A DNA stretch of 64,000 nucleotides, from positions 319,982,001-320,046,000 of the forward strand of contig OZ024742.1 of the NCBI GenBank assembly GCA_964016885.1, read 5' to 3'. Position numbers and translations under genes: made by a program. Positions 27,420-39,100 of this stretch are shown piece after piece. Under the pieces are notes generated by a model that made no database searches, was not told where the DNA came from, and was given only the letters and a program-made list of their open reading frames with translations. Position 1 is the stretch's first letter. The number at the start of each line of letters is the position of its first letter. This stretch comes from Eledone cirrhosa (lineage: Eukaryota).

Positions 27420-27636
27420 AACGTAATCAAAATTTTACAATATTTTTTCCAAGATTCGATGGAGAAAAATTTTTTAAATGGATATTCCGCCCCTGAAGGG
27501 GCGAAAATGAGTTGACCCACCACCTGAAGGTCCAGACGGGTGGTCAAGTTACACAATGATATAAAATTGAACTAAAAACTCACGTTTTTTCCTTACATAA
27601 ATTAACGGAAACTTCTCCGCGAAGTGACACACGACT

Positions 27637-27647
27637 GATAGAGAGAG

Positions 27648-27716
<69 letters not shown>
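27637..27716. repeat. (GATA)n tract (with short (GA)n) between copies D and E
   Basis: gatagagagagagatagata... Confidence 0.96.
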
Positions 27717-27717
<1 letters not shown>

Positions 27718-27948
27718 ATTTCTATTTATTTGCCACGAGGGCACAAAAGGAGGGGACATTTACACAGTGGGGGAGTTTACATAAATCGAGTAAAGAAAAA
27801 AGGAATAACAATAATAATATAACAATAAAAAGTCCTCAAAAGGGAGGGGGCGTGTTGGGGATTGCACATACCCCCGAAAAGTGTGCAACTCTTTTCGCGG
27901 GGGAAGCCCAGAGAGGAGGCGCTCCCCCTTTCCTCTTCACTTCTTCAC

Positions 27949-30900
27949 CTACAGAACAATGTAGAGAGAAGGCCCATTTACACGGGCCATTCTCGCTTCT
28001 TTCACCCACCTTTCATAAAACTGTCTGGGACCAAGCACTTCTCTCTCCATCCTGATCCTTCTTCCGAAGTGGTATCGGAAGAAGTAAACCAGGTGATGGC
28101 CGGAGAGAAAGTCACCCGACCTCAGACCTTTCAGGCGCGTCCACCACACAACCTCTTTCATCATGGCTATTACGCACAGAAAGACCGCCTCTGCTTCATT
28201 TCTGAAAGGAGGAGGCGGCTTGATGTTCACCACAGACTCGGCGGTTAATCGAACCGGCGCCACACGCGACAGCAGTCGTTCGACGTAGCCCCACAGATCG
28301 GCAACGCCCGGGCAGTGTACCAGTGCATGCGCAACGGTTTCCTCGTCGCGCACGCATCTGGGACAGATCTTTTTCACGGGATCCCTGCCCGGGCGCCCGT
28401 GTCTGTAGAGCTTTTCTCGAACGGGCAGAGCCCCCCGGTAACACTGCCAGGCTAGGGACCTCTGGAAGTTGTCCATGGGTCCCGGGCCGAAAGTTCTACC
28501 GAACAGGCTGGCCAGTTCGTCCTCCTCCATGCCTAGCGACTCTCCAAGGGTGTCGTCGCCCCTGCTAGCCACCAACCCTCTATAGAATGTCGAGGTGGAT
28601 TCTCCACTGACAGTCGGGTCCGCTTGCCAGATAGCCGTGAGCGCCTGGGCACACTCGGTGTGCCAGTTGCCCAGTTTTCTCGGTCTTTGCTTCACCCAGG
28701 ATTGCAGTTCGGTGAGCGAGACGAGCTGTGGGAAGGCTCGCCTCACAAACGGGGCCCACACCGGCTGACCGTTGAGGAATACCTGTAGATGCCGTAGCCT
28801 CAATGCGTGCCTACGCATCAACAGCCACGGCATACCCAGCCCTCCTTTCGAAGGGTGCTGGCAGCAGATGGATCTCCTCACCATGGGAGGCCGCTTCTTC
28901 CAGAGGAACTGGAAGAGCATGCGTTCCATGATGGTGAGCTTTTCCTTGGGGCAAGGCACGACGGTCAGGCGGTAGTAGATGACGGACGCTATGTAAGCGT
29001 TCGTCACCTCCGCCCGACCTTTCAGTGATAGTTTGCACTTGGCCCACTTCTGGGTCAGCGCAAACACCCTGCTCGTCACCTCGCCCCAATTCTTCTCCAC
29101 CTGGAGGTCCGGTCCGAACCAGACCCCGAGTAGCTTCACCGGGCCCTCCGTCTAACGGCATCGGTTTGCCCCTCCACATTCCGAGTTGCAAACCGACTGA
29201 CTTGTCCTGGTTCAGCTTAGCCCCCGTCAGCCTTTCGTATTCCTCCAGTAGGGTGGCGATCGCCCCGATTTCCGAGGCGTCCACCACCATTACTGTTACG
29301 TCGTCGGCATAGGCCGAGACCGCTTTGTGCAATCCCGGTTCCAGGGGTATGCCCCGCAGCAACTCCAACTTCTGCAGCAGTGGCTCGAGAGTCAATACGT
29401 ACAGAAGGGAGGAGAGGGGGCACCCCTGTCTGATGGATCGGGTGATTTGAAACGGCTCCGAGAGGTAGCCGTTTACTTTAATCCTAGAGTAGATGTTGCC
29501 ACTGTGCATGGCAGAAATCCAGCCCCTGAAAACGGGTCCGAAGCCCGCCGCCGCTAGCACCGCATCCAGGTAACCATGGTCAACCCTATCGAACGCCTTA
29601 GATTGATCCAAGTTGATCAGGGCCCCACCAAAGCCGGGTTCGTAGCCAACCCTCTCTATGATGTATCGCATGAGGTGGAGGTTGTCGTGAATGGACCTGG
29701 ACGGGATAGCGCATGTCTGCGCGTCTCCCACCAAACCACCCACCACAAGCACCAACCTCTTCGCCAACACCTTGGCCAAAATCTGTAACTCTGCATTCAG
29801 CAGAGTTATGGGCCTAAAGTTACTTAAGTCGTCCCCCTTGCTCTCGTCCTTCCTCACTAGCGTGACCACGCCCTTGGTCACAGAACAGGGAATTCTCCCG
29901 TTCTGTTGCCAGTTGCAATAGACAGCCTCGAGGAGTTCGGAGAACAAGACCGGCATAGCTAAATAAAGTTCGTATGGTAGACCATCGAGACCCGGGGATT
30001 TGCGTCTGCTGCATTGGCTGAGCGCTTCCCCGATTTCAGTGGCTGTGATTGGCCTTTCGCAGCACTCCGCTTCGCCGCTCGAAAGACGCGGTAGACCGTC
30101 GAGGTATAGACCGAAGTCCACATCCCCGTCCGGCCCCCCGCCACCTCCGAACAGTCGAGCAAAGTGCCTTTGAAAGGTCTCGCACATTCGCTCAGGTTCA
30201 AGGATCACCCGTCCATCCTGGTCTCGCAAAGACCGAATGGTGGATTTAATTCCACTCTTGGCTTCTGTCACGCGGGCCCAGCTAACAGCTTTGATCCCCT
30301 CGTTTCCTAAAGCACGTATTTTACTTCGGACAACGCAGCCTTCGTGCTTCGCGTCAAAGAACTGGCTCAACGCCGTTCTCGTCGCTAACACTCTGGCTAC
30401 GTCTCCGCTCCTAATCGCCTCTTCTAGTTTATCTGTTAACTCCCTTTCCTTCCTATTTCTATTCGCCGCTAGTTCCTTACTGTAACCTATCGAACTTACT
30501 CTAATCTCTCTCTTTAGAGATACCCACCACCTACTGTTGACGATCGCTCCCGTCAACCGCATCTTAACTAAGCTACTAATCCGGTTTCTGTAATCTTTCT
30601 TTGTCGGTAAGGACAAGTTCATCTTCCAGTAACCGGGACCCTGTCTATGCGTTCTATCAAGGTTGACCACGCAGGTCACTAATTTGTGATCTGAATAGCC
30701 AACCATGATCAGTTCTGGACAACTAAATACTATCCTTACTCCTAACCAAAAACCTATCTAGGTACGATCTAGATTGTCCATTGCGGTTTGCCCAGGTCCA
30801 GGTTGGCGCAGTTGGACAATCTAGTCGAAATCTATCGACCAGGTCGAATCGATCGAGTAACCCCTTGAGGCTGCTACACCCCCCTCTATCGGGACATGCC

Positions 30901-31367
30901 CCTGCATAGTCCCAACGCGCATCTAGGATTCCATTCCAGTCCCCCACTAAAAGCAGGGAACGCGACGTTCCTAGAAAAGTCTCCAGACGCTGGAAGAAGT
31001 CGGCTCTTTCCGCCCCGAAGGGAGCATAAAGACCGACCAGTCTGAAAGCCCCGCCTTCACCGCCTCCGACGTCCAGCACCAGTAATCGACCCCCCGGGTC
31101 CGAGTGAACAATCTGTACGTCGAGAGTCAGACGTTTATCCAGCAGTACGGCAACTCCCCCCCCCCCCCCGCCTCCGGGTTGACAGAGAGATGCGTGCATC
31201 TCAAAGTCATCGAAGGCGGGCGCCAGCTGTCTCACGCTGCTGATCCGACTCTCGCAAACAACCATCACATCTATACTTTGTGACCTGAGGTCACTTAGAA
31301 GCTTTGCTTGCTTCCAAGCTGAGCCCAGGCCACGCGCGTTCAAACAGCCAACTCTCAATTGATCTAT
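27949..31367 (-). pseudogene. Copy E ORF2 (EN-RT-zf); start apparently ATG>ATA, stop at 30723-30725, frameshifting deletion at ~29150
   Basis: ATA GAT CAA TTG AGA GTT GGC aligns with ATG GCC AAT ATA AGA GTT GGA of D; RQGCPLS and AYADD present; VVGRWT segment lost at a GACGG repeat. Confidence 0.93.
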
Positions 31368-33191
31368 TTTGGTGTTGAAAGTGAAGAAAGAAAAGCACTT
31401 ACCTCTCCGGGTTGCGTAATTTCCATGGCATCAGGTGTGTTGGGTGGAGGGATGTTTTGTGGTGGTGTGGGGGTACACGTGTGTGGTGGGGTTGGGGTAT
31501 TTGGAGTTGTGTCAGGGAGAGGGGCGGTTATGGGGAAATCTTTCAAGGGGACGCGATTCAACGGTTTTAAACAGGGGGGGCTCACGTCCCGTCTAAATTG
31601 TTCTTTTAAGGAACGATAAAGCTCCAGAGGGACCTTTATCATTTTTAAATGGGTGAAGTTCTCTGTTGAGATAAAGTTTGGCCCTTCGGTCTGCACCATA
31701 GGGTTATTGTTTATTAATTTAACCAGTTTTTTGTTTTCTTTATTTATATATGTGTATTGCAACGTCTTTTTTTGTGATGCTGTCAATGTTTCGGAGAGGG
31801 GAGGCGCAGATTTATTTTTGTTTGTTGAGGGTGGGGTGTTTTTGATTGGAGTTGGTGTTTGTGTGTGGGTTATTTGTGGTGTGCTGGGTGTGTGTTTTCT
31901 TTTTTTTCTTTTAACTTGTCTGAAGGCTTCTCCTCCTTCTTCTTCAGAAGTTGGGGGAAACTCTTCAGCGCTAGGTGGGAGGGACGTGTTGTGTGGTTGT
32001 TTTTTTTTTGCGGGAGGGGTAGATTTGTTACTGTTTTTTTTATTGTTTGTTTGGAATGGGTTTTGTGGTGGTGGTGGTAATGTTTGTGTCGTGCTTGTGG
32101 TTGGTGATGGTGGTGTTTGTGTTGTGGTTGGTGGTGGTGATTTTTGTGTCGTGCTTGTGTTTGGTGCTGGTGGTGGTAATGTTTGTGTTGTGTTTGTGGT
32201 TGGTGGTGTCTGTATTTTGTTTGCTGTGTGTGGTATTAGTGTATTTTTGGAGGTGGGTGGTGTTGGTGTACTGTTTGTGGTGGGTGTGGGAAATAGTCCT
32301 TTTTGGGGGATACGTTTCGGGCAGTTAGCCTTAACGTGTCCCCTTTCCATGCATAAATAGCATGCTGGTCTTCTCCCCTCTACAATTATGTCTATTGGGG
32401 TAAGGTCATCCAGCCAGATGCGATCCGGGATTTGTGCTATTCTTTCGGGCCTCATTTGGACTAGTATGTCGAGGCCCATTCCCAGAAACGCATCTCCAGT
32501 TGCCTTCCCCATTGACAGCATTGTGTCTTCGCCCATATCAATGAAGCCAGCAATAGCCCACCAGAAGTCCATTGTGGGCAGCATTGTTTTTACTTTTACT
32601 CTCTGTGTTCTTCTACCCATGTAGGAGGGATAGAAGCTATATGTTGTCGATGAGAGTGGGCTTAGGGAAAGCTTCTCCGCCGTTTCCCTGTCTCTTGTTA
32701 GGACCGAAATGCTGCCATAGAGTCGGTCCTTTCGTATGAAGAGAATATTCTTCATATAGTCTTTTAGGACTAACTCTATTTCCATTTGGCTGGGCTGTGC
32801 TGGCTTTCTTGTCTGGTTCAGTATAGTTCTGTAGAGAACTGTGTTTTCTGCTCTGGCTTTCTTGAATTCTGGGGGGGGAGTTAATGGAAAACATTCCGTT
32901 CTCCCCCAAAACAATGTGTTTCTTTGCTTCGGCCAGTTTTTCTCTGGCGGCAGTTAGGTCAATTGGTGTGTATGTAATGGATTGTTTTGTTTTCTGGGCG
33001 AAAGTTGCCCTGTTGTTATTTGTATTATTTTCTGTTTGTTTGTTTTCTGTTTGTTCATTTTCCTTAACATTTGTTTTTTCCTTTTCTTTGTTTGTTTCAT
33101 TGTCTAATTTTGTTGTAATTATTTTTTGTTCTTCAGACTTGGGGGGCGTGGCAGAGCTAATGGCAGACATGTCTGCCATCTTTTCCGCCAT
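31364..33191 (-). pseudogene. Copy E ORF1, single frameshift in homopolymer at ~32871-32878 (could be a sequencing error)
   Basis: MAEKMADMS...ENGMFSINSP / PEFKKARAENTVLYRT...CYLCMERGHVKANC. Confidence 0.9.
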
Positions 33192-33392
33192 GCTGCCAAG
33201 AAAGAAATTTTTCGGCAAAAATAGATATTTATTTTACCCCCTAAAAAGGGGGTAAATGCAAAAATGTTTCCCTAAAAAACAGGGGTTAGTGTTCCAAATG
33301 TGTTGCACTGAAAAATTTATCCGGTACTTACAATAGTAAGGGTAAATCCCGATGGAATAGCGGAGCCGATGTGAAGCGTGTCTTACTCTATC

Positions 33393-33493
<101 letters not shown>

Positions 33494-33591
33494 CAGTAGC
33501 GCTAAACATACCCTGATTCATAGGAAAACATATACACTATATTTGTCCCGTATAGCTCAGTAGCTGTTACACCGGGGTTAGACAGAGCTGC

Positions 33592-34265
33592 ATGGATGCG
33601 CCCGACCTTTTCGACTTTGTTATCGATTATCTGAAGTACGCAGACGACACTACAGCATTCACCAACTCGATCAGTCAGTTCAGGGACGCACTGACCATAT
33701 ACCGGGAGGAATCAGCACAGCTTGGCCTTCAGGCGAACTGGGCAAAGACAAAGCTGATACATGTCGGCAATGGCCCGGATTCTCCTCCGCTTCATATTGG
33801 CCCTGACGCCGTGAAGTTTGTTAGCTCCTTCATTTACCTGGGCTCGAATGTCACCAACATCGGCGACCTGACCCCGGAGATCAACCGCAGATGTGGCGTG
33901 GCTGCCGGGATCATGCACTCCCTATGGAAGTCTCTTCGGTGCCACTACTCAATCTCCCAGAAGACGAAGCTTCATATTTACAACGCATCGATCCTATCCA
34001 TTCTCCTCTACGGAGCAGAAACGTGGCCCCTCATAAAGATCCTGGCAAAGAGGATTGACAGTTTCAATAGCAGAGCCATAAGGACCATCAAAAACATCAG
34101 ATAGCACCACCACGTTACCAACAAAGTGTTGCGTGCGCGCACCCACCAGCCCACAGCTACCCACCTCATAGCTATCCACCGCATGCACTGGGTACACACA
34201 TATCCTCCGCTTACCACCAGACCATCCTACCAGGGCCTTATTCTCGTTCGACGCAACGGCTGCAG
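33592..34265 (+). mobile_element. RTE-clade LINE reverse transcriptase fragment
   Basis: YADD, LGLQANWAKTK, FIYLGS, EINRR, TKLHIYNASILSILLYGAETW. Confidence 0.88.
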
Positions 34266-35014
34266 GCTGTATATATTAAAGTGAAATGACAGGAGGCCAA
34301 ATACGTTGAATTTCCCTAAGTTTTTTCTTACTGTAAACACTATGCACATTTCAGTGGCCATGTTGCATAAGAATCAGGTGACCTCATCAGGTGTAAATAG
34401 ATGTATACCAACGGAATGATGGTAAGCTTTAAGGAAACAAGCAAAGAAAAACAAAGAGGAAAAGTGTGCTATGCTTTGGGCCCAGAGACGGACGGTGTAA
34501 CATGCTGCTACATTGGACTCGAAGGCGGGCAAGCAATGTAGCAGCATGCTACATCGTCCTTCTCTAGGTCTATTATTATTATAATACTGAAACGAAGCTA
34601 TCGAATAAGACCGATACACCTTCGATCGTTTTCCCACTTACTCAATAATTTAATTAAGTCAGCATCATTAAGATACCAGCCCAAACAAATTAGAGTGGTC
34701 ACTAATACTTTAAATAGTGAGAAAAATGATTTTGTGCGGATAAAAAATTTGATTTTCTGGCCCTGGACTAATGCATTAGTTTCTGCTTCTCTCTTTTCTG
34801 GCGACAGTCCAAATAGAACTGCCATGCAGTACCGTTCGTAGGTGTCGAAACTGCCTAAGTCCACCTCAGCAGCCGATGGCCACGGAGTTCTGTGTCCTTC
34901 GTTTGTATATTTACTTTTTTAAAAAAAATTTTTAAGGTTTCCTCTTAAAAAAAGGTTTTTCGTTTTGTTTTGTCTCCGTTTATTGTCTTGTCTTTTTTTG
35001 TTAATATATATATA

Positions 35015-35064
<50 letters not shown>

Positions 35065-35100
35065 GTAGACATTACAATACAATGGGAGGAAACATAATAG

Positions 35101-35144
35101 TACCACTGATGGTGTCGCAGATGTGCGACGAAAGAACTTTGATA
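35101..35144 (+). ncRNA. Degenerate type I hammerhead motif, same family as 54487-54529
   Basis: TACCA-CTGATGG-T-GTCGCA/TGCGAC-GAAA-GAAC-TT-TGATA; core has GG instead of GA. Confidence 0.5.
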
Positions 35145-35593
35145 GATTATATATATATTTATATCTGTATTTTTAACCGCTGGTCAATCAATGATAAACA
35201 TTGATTGCCAAATAAATTAACTATGGAGATATAAAAGATACAGAAGCGAAAACCAACCCAAACCAAACAGTGAGTGTGTTCTGTAATTATTTCTGGCAAT
35301 ATTATAACAATATGACCCTCCCCAAGTATAACAATATATATGTATGTATAAATATATATATATATATAAACAATTAAGTTAAAAATGTACATCTACATAT
35401 GCATACTGAAATACTAGTGTGTATATGAATATACACACGTATACATATGTAGGTGTAACAAGTCTTTCACTGGTTGCTTTACTGTGAGCAGCCCAGCTAT
35501 TCTGTATGTAAACACACAGACAAACCGGTTTTTAGAGTCATACTGGTTTTCGGGGGAACACCTTCCCTCTATTCTCCAGAAGGCCAGACAAGG

Positions 35594-35638
35594 AATATTG
35601 AACTAGTTTCGTTGTTGTTACAACTCATCAGCAATATT
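35594..35638 (-). ncRNA. Type I minimal hammerhead ribozyme
   Basis: Reverse complement of the motif at 36242-36286. Confidence 0.85.
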
Positions 35639-36241
35639 TACCTATCTACCGGCCCTTCTGGAGAATTGTAAAAGCACATATCGTTATATGCTTTTTCTAT
35701 GAAAATTAGTAGTGGGCAGACTAATTTGCATAGAGTGTGAGTACGCACCGGTTCAGCGGAGACGACAAAAACATATAACGAAACGAAATTAAATTTCGCT
35801 TCGTTTGTAGTTCAATATTCCTTGTCTGGCCTTCTGGAGAATAGAGGGAAGGTGTTCCCCCGAAAACCAGTATGACTCTAAAAACCGGTTTGTCTGTGTG
35901 TTTACATACAGAATAGCTGGGCTGCTCACAGTAAAGCAACCAGTGAAAGACTTGTTACACCTACATATGTATACGTGTGTGTATTCATATACACACTAGT
36001 ATTTCAGTATGCATATGTAGATGTACATTTTTAACTTAATTGTTTAAGCGTCAGTCATACAAAAGTGAGTTACAAACGAAGCGAAATTTAATTTCGTTTC
36101 GTTATTTGTTTTTATCGTCTCCGCTGAACCGGTGCGTACTCACACTCTATGCAAATTAGTCTGCCCACTACTAATTTTCATAGAAAAAGCATATAACGAT
36201 ATGTGCTTTTACAATTCTCCAGAAGGGCCGGTAGATAGGTA

Positions 36242-36286
36242 AATATTGCTGATGAGTTGTAACAACAACGAAACTAGTTCAATATT
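36242..36286 (+). ncRNA. Type I minimal hammerhead ribozyme, predicted cleavage GUU^C after 36279
   Basis: AATATTG-CTGATGA-GTTGT(AACA)ACAAC-GAAA-CTAG-TT^CAATATT: 7-bp stem I, intact core, stem II, palindromic stem III AACTAGTT. Confidence 0.87.
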
Positions 36287-36575
36287 CCTTGTCTGGCCTT
36301 CTGGAGAATAGAGGGAAGGTGTTCCCCTGAAAACCAGTATGACTCTAAAAACCGGTTTGTCTGTGTGTTTACATACAGAATAGCTGGGCTGCTCACAGTA
36401 AAGCAACCAGTGAAAGACTTGTTACACCTACATATGTATACGTGTGTGTATTCATATACACACTAGTATTTCAGTATGCATATGTAGATGTACATTTTTA
36501 ACTTAATTGTTTAAGCGTCAGTCATACAAAAGTGAGTTACAAACGAAACGAAATTTAATTTCGTTTCGTTATTTG

Positions 36576-36631
<56 letters not shown>

Positions 36632-36633
<2 letters not shown>

Positions 36634-37241
36634 GTCAGGTCACCAGTTGGTGCTACTGGTAACATGTATCGCAGTACAACCTGTCCCATGGTCGGGTCGT
36701 TGGCGACTGAACTGGCAACCCCATCAATGTTTCTTGGTGAGGAGAGTGACTTTGGACATCCTGCAGGACTAAAAACAAAACCTGTCAAAGGGCAAAGGAG
36801 CTCTTAAGAGTCAATGGCCATCCAAAATCACCGGGAGAGATGACCTCTTAGCCTTTGTCAAGGCAGAATTCTAGGAGAAGGAAATCTCTGATATAACACC
36901 TGCAACCCTGATGGTATCCAATGATGTTGACTTGTTCTCCTTTTTGGTAAATATCATCTTGGTTAAGAGAGTGGGACTGGGTTTGTGCAATGCCTTTGCT
37001 CACTATAAAAGCTTCACGGCACAGGCATTGCTTTATATCTGGAGATCTCTCTGCACTTGTCGTCACATGGTACCATGGGCCCAGCACTATGTGTCAATAA
37101 TTGTCACAAGTGTAGTGTTTGTACCAGAGTTTTCAAGTCGTTGGCTGGACTAAAAAGTCACACTCGTTCAGCGCATCGGTAGGGGTTCTCCTACATGGAT
37201 ATAAAGTAGTGGCCGTACTCGAAAACGAGTTGGCAGCCACC

Positions 37242-37244
<3 letters not shown>
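36632..37244 (+). mobile_element. Probable internally deleted RTE-type LINE derivative ending in a C2H2 zinc finger and 3' stem-loop
   Basis: 37096-37182 encodes HKCSVCTRVFKSLAGLKSHTRSAHR*; 3' hairpin GTGGC..ACTCG AAAA CGAGT..GCCAC; flanked by (AT)n. Confidence 0.55.
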
Positions 37245-37280
<36 letters not shown>

Positions 37281-38007
37281 GTGTAAAGGTAACCGTAACT
37301 GAGTGAATGTATATAGGAATTTGTACAATGTGTATTTAGAAAAGTAAATATGCCAAATCCTTGCATTTTCCTATAAATTGATAAACGTTTTCGAACGTTT
37401 GTGTTTTCTCATCAGAAGATATCGTATAATACCTAAACAACTACAATTTAATATATATCAAAATAAACTGTCAACATGCGCGCTAAGAATATGTAAATTA
37501 GCAAATCCATTTAAGTTATACTACTATAAGCGATTAGGTATATGAGCTCTTGTGGTTGTTTTGATGATATACATGTGGGAACCCAAAACAAAGTTTCTAG
37601 TATCGATTCAAGACCTACTTTTTTTCAATTTGCAGGTAAATTTATATAAAAATATTCAATGAGTGAATTCATACACAGTCTTGTTTACTTCAATACTATA
37701 TATATATACAGATGAATTCATCTTATGCTTCGTTTGTTTAGCGCACCATTTCATATATATATAAGTTTAAAGTTCAACATATATTTGCGTCTGTAAAATG
37801 TTACTATTAAACACAGGCATACACACACATACCCCCCCCCCCCCCTACACACACACACACTTACACACACACACACTTACACACACACTACGCATGCTTT
37901 CACACACTCAAATATTGTATATGTAGACGACATACTTTCTGATCAATGAACAAAATTTCATTTGAACCAAATACGTTTATATAAGTAGATGGCTGTTGCT
38001 ACACTGA

Positions 38008-38051
<44 letters not shown>
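38008..38051. repeat. (AGT)n microsatellite
   Basis: Perfect run. Confidence 0.95.
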
Positions 38052-38190
38052 CGGTTGAGTGGTTAAGAAGCTCGCTTCACAACCATGAGGCTCCAGGTTC
38101 GATCTCATTCAATGACATCTTGGGCTATTCAACCCAAACCTTTTATAAGTGAATTTGGGTAGATGGAGCATCTGTTTGGAAGGCTGACTG
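38052..38190 (+). mobile_element. Degenerate tRNA-derived SINE
   Basis: A-box-like GGTTGAGTGG and B-box GGTTCGATCTC; related reverse copy at ~57935-58165. Confidence 0.6.
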
Positions 38191-38321
38191 ATGGGCTGTA
38201 CTAGCATTTAAATGAGTTAGCCCTGCCATACACAATGGACTGTATCTACATTGAAAGGTGGTGGTGGTGGTAGTGGTGAAGGAACTGATGTCGTAATTTG
38301 TATCGTATTATTTATTTTCAA

Positions 38322-38510
38322 AGCATAGTGGATTGGCAGTATCGGAAGAAGGCCGGACGCCATGCTTTGCAGCATAGAGTTACAGCTCTTTACGGTCTGA
38401 GTTCAAATCCCGCCGCGGTTAACTTTGCCTTTCATCCTTACGAGGGTTGATAAAATAAAGCACCAGTATTGCACAGGGATAATTGCCTTGTGCCAAAAGT
38501 AGAAACAATT
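38322..38510 (+). mobile_element. tRNA-derived SINE with Nin-domain-like core
   Basis: B-box GAGTTCAAATCC followed by GTTAACTTTGCCTTTCATCCTT..GGGTTGATAAAATAAAGCACCAGT; related reverse copy at ~58420-58570. Confidence 0.7.
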
Positions 38511-38589
38511 ATTTGTTTTCAGGTATGGTCGGTGTTTGTTGTCATTAAGGTGGATGACAAAATGATTTTGTCGTTTCAATGACTGGGTT

Positions 38590-39100
38590 GATACGAACCT
38601 TCCTAATGCAAATTTCCTTCATGTTAACTTAGACCTAACCATATCTTCGTATAAACCTTACCATAAGCCTAACGAAAAATTGAAATATATTAATAAAGCC
38701 TCGTGTCACCCCACTGCAGTTTTTAAAAACTTAGTTTCTAATATTAGTCGTAGGATCTCAAATCTATCAGCAAGATAAGATAGATAAGGCAGGCCCTCCT
38801 AGATAGTGATTTTAAAGACAAAATTAAGCACACATCTAATTATTCTCAACCCAACCATACTAAAAATTCTTACAGAAAAATAAGAATTATCTGATTCTCA
38901 GCCCCTGTTTTCTTTAGTGTAAAGACTAATGTAGGTAAGAAGTTTTTACATTTAATAGATAGATATTTCCCACCACAATATCGATACAGTAAAATATTCA
39001 ATCGCTATTCCGTTTATCTGACAAGATGTCAAAAAACAGTAGGGGTGCCGTCATTTTGATTGTACCCTGAGCTGATTGATATCGAAACAATTGTAATATA
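38590..39100 (+). mobile_element. Penelope-like element remnant (RT thumb and linker, internally deleted) ending in a degenerate HHR
   Basis: NFLHVNLDLTISSYKPYHKPNEKLKYINKASCHP...NISRRISNLS and II*FSAP..SVKTNVGKKFLHLIDRYFP..SKIFNR are typical PLE motifs; then CTGACAA-GATGTCAA..TTGATATC-GAAA-CAATTG-TA. Confidence 0.8.

Larger units (their letters stand above)
21793..27636 (-). mobile_element. Tx1-clade LINE copy D: full-length, both ORFs intact, potentially active
   Basis: ~220-nt 5' UTR, 638-aa ORF1, 33-nt spacer, 1145-aa ORF2, ~240-nt 3' UTR ending AATAAAGAAA; (TATC)n on both sides. Confidence 0.97.
35368..36581. mobile_element. Retrozyme-like/Penelope pLTR-like element: 467-bp unit; 35368-35809 one orientation, 35808-36581 inverted (1.65 tandem units); inserted in (AT)n
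   Basis: Direct sequence comparison; period 467 (35813 to 36280); one HHR per unit; no credible ORF. Confidence 0.88.

Noticed and set aside
14326-33255. Numerous plus-strand and alternate-frame ORFs inside the LINEs
   Set aside because: Shadows of ORF1 and ORF2 with no independent motifs.
35474-36406. Repeated 65-72 aa ORF MLYCEQPSYSV...
   Set aside because: TTG start, antisense to the hammerhead strand, and the frame is not kept at the 59.8-kb locus.
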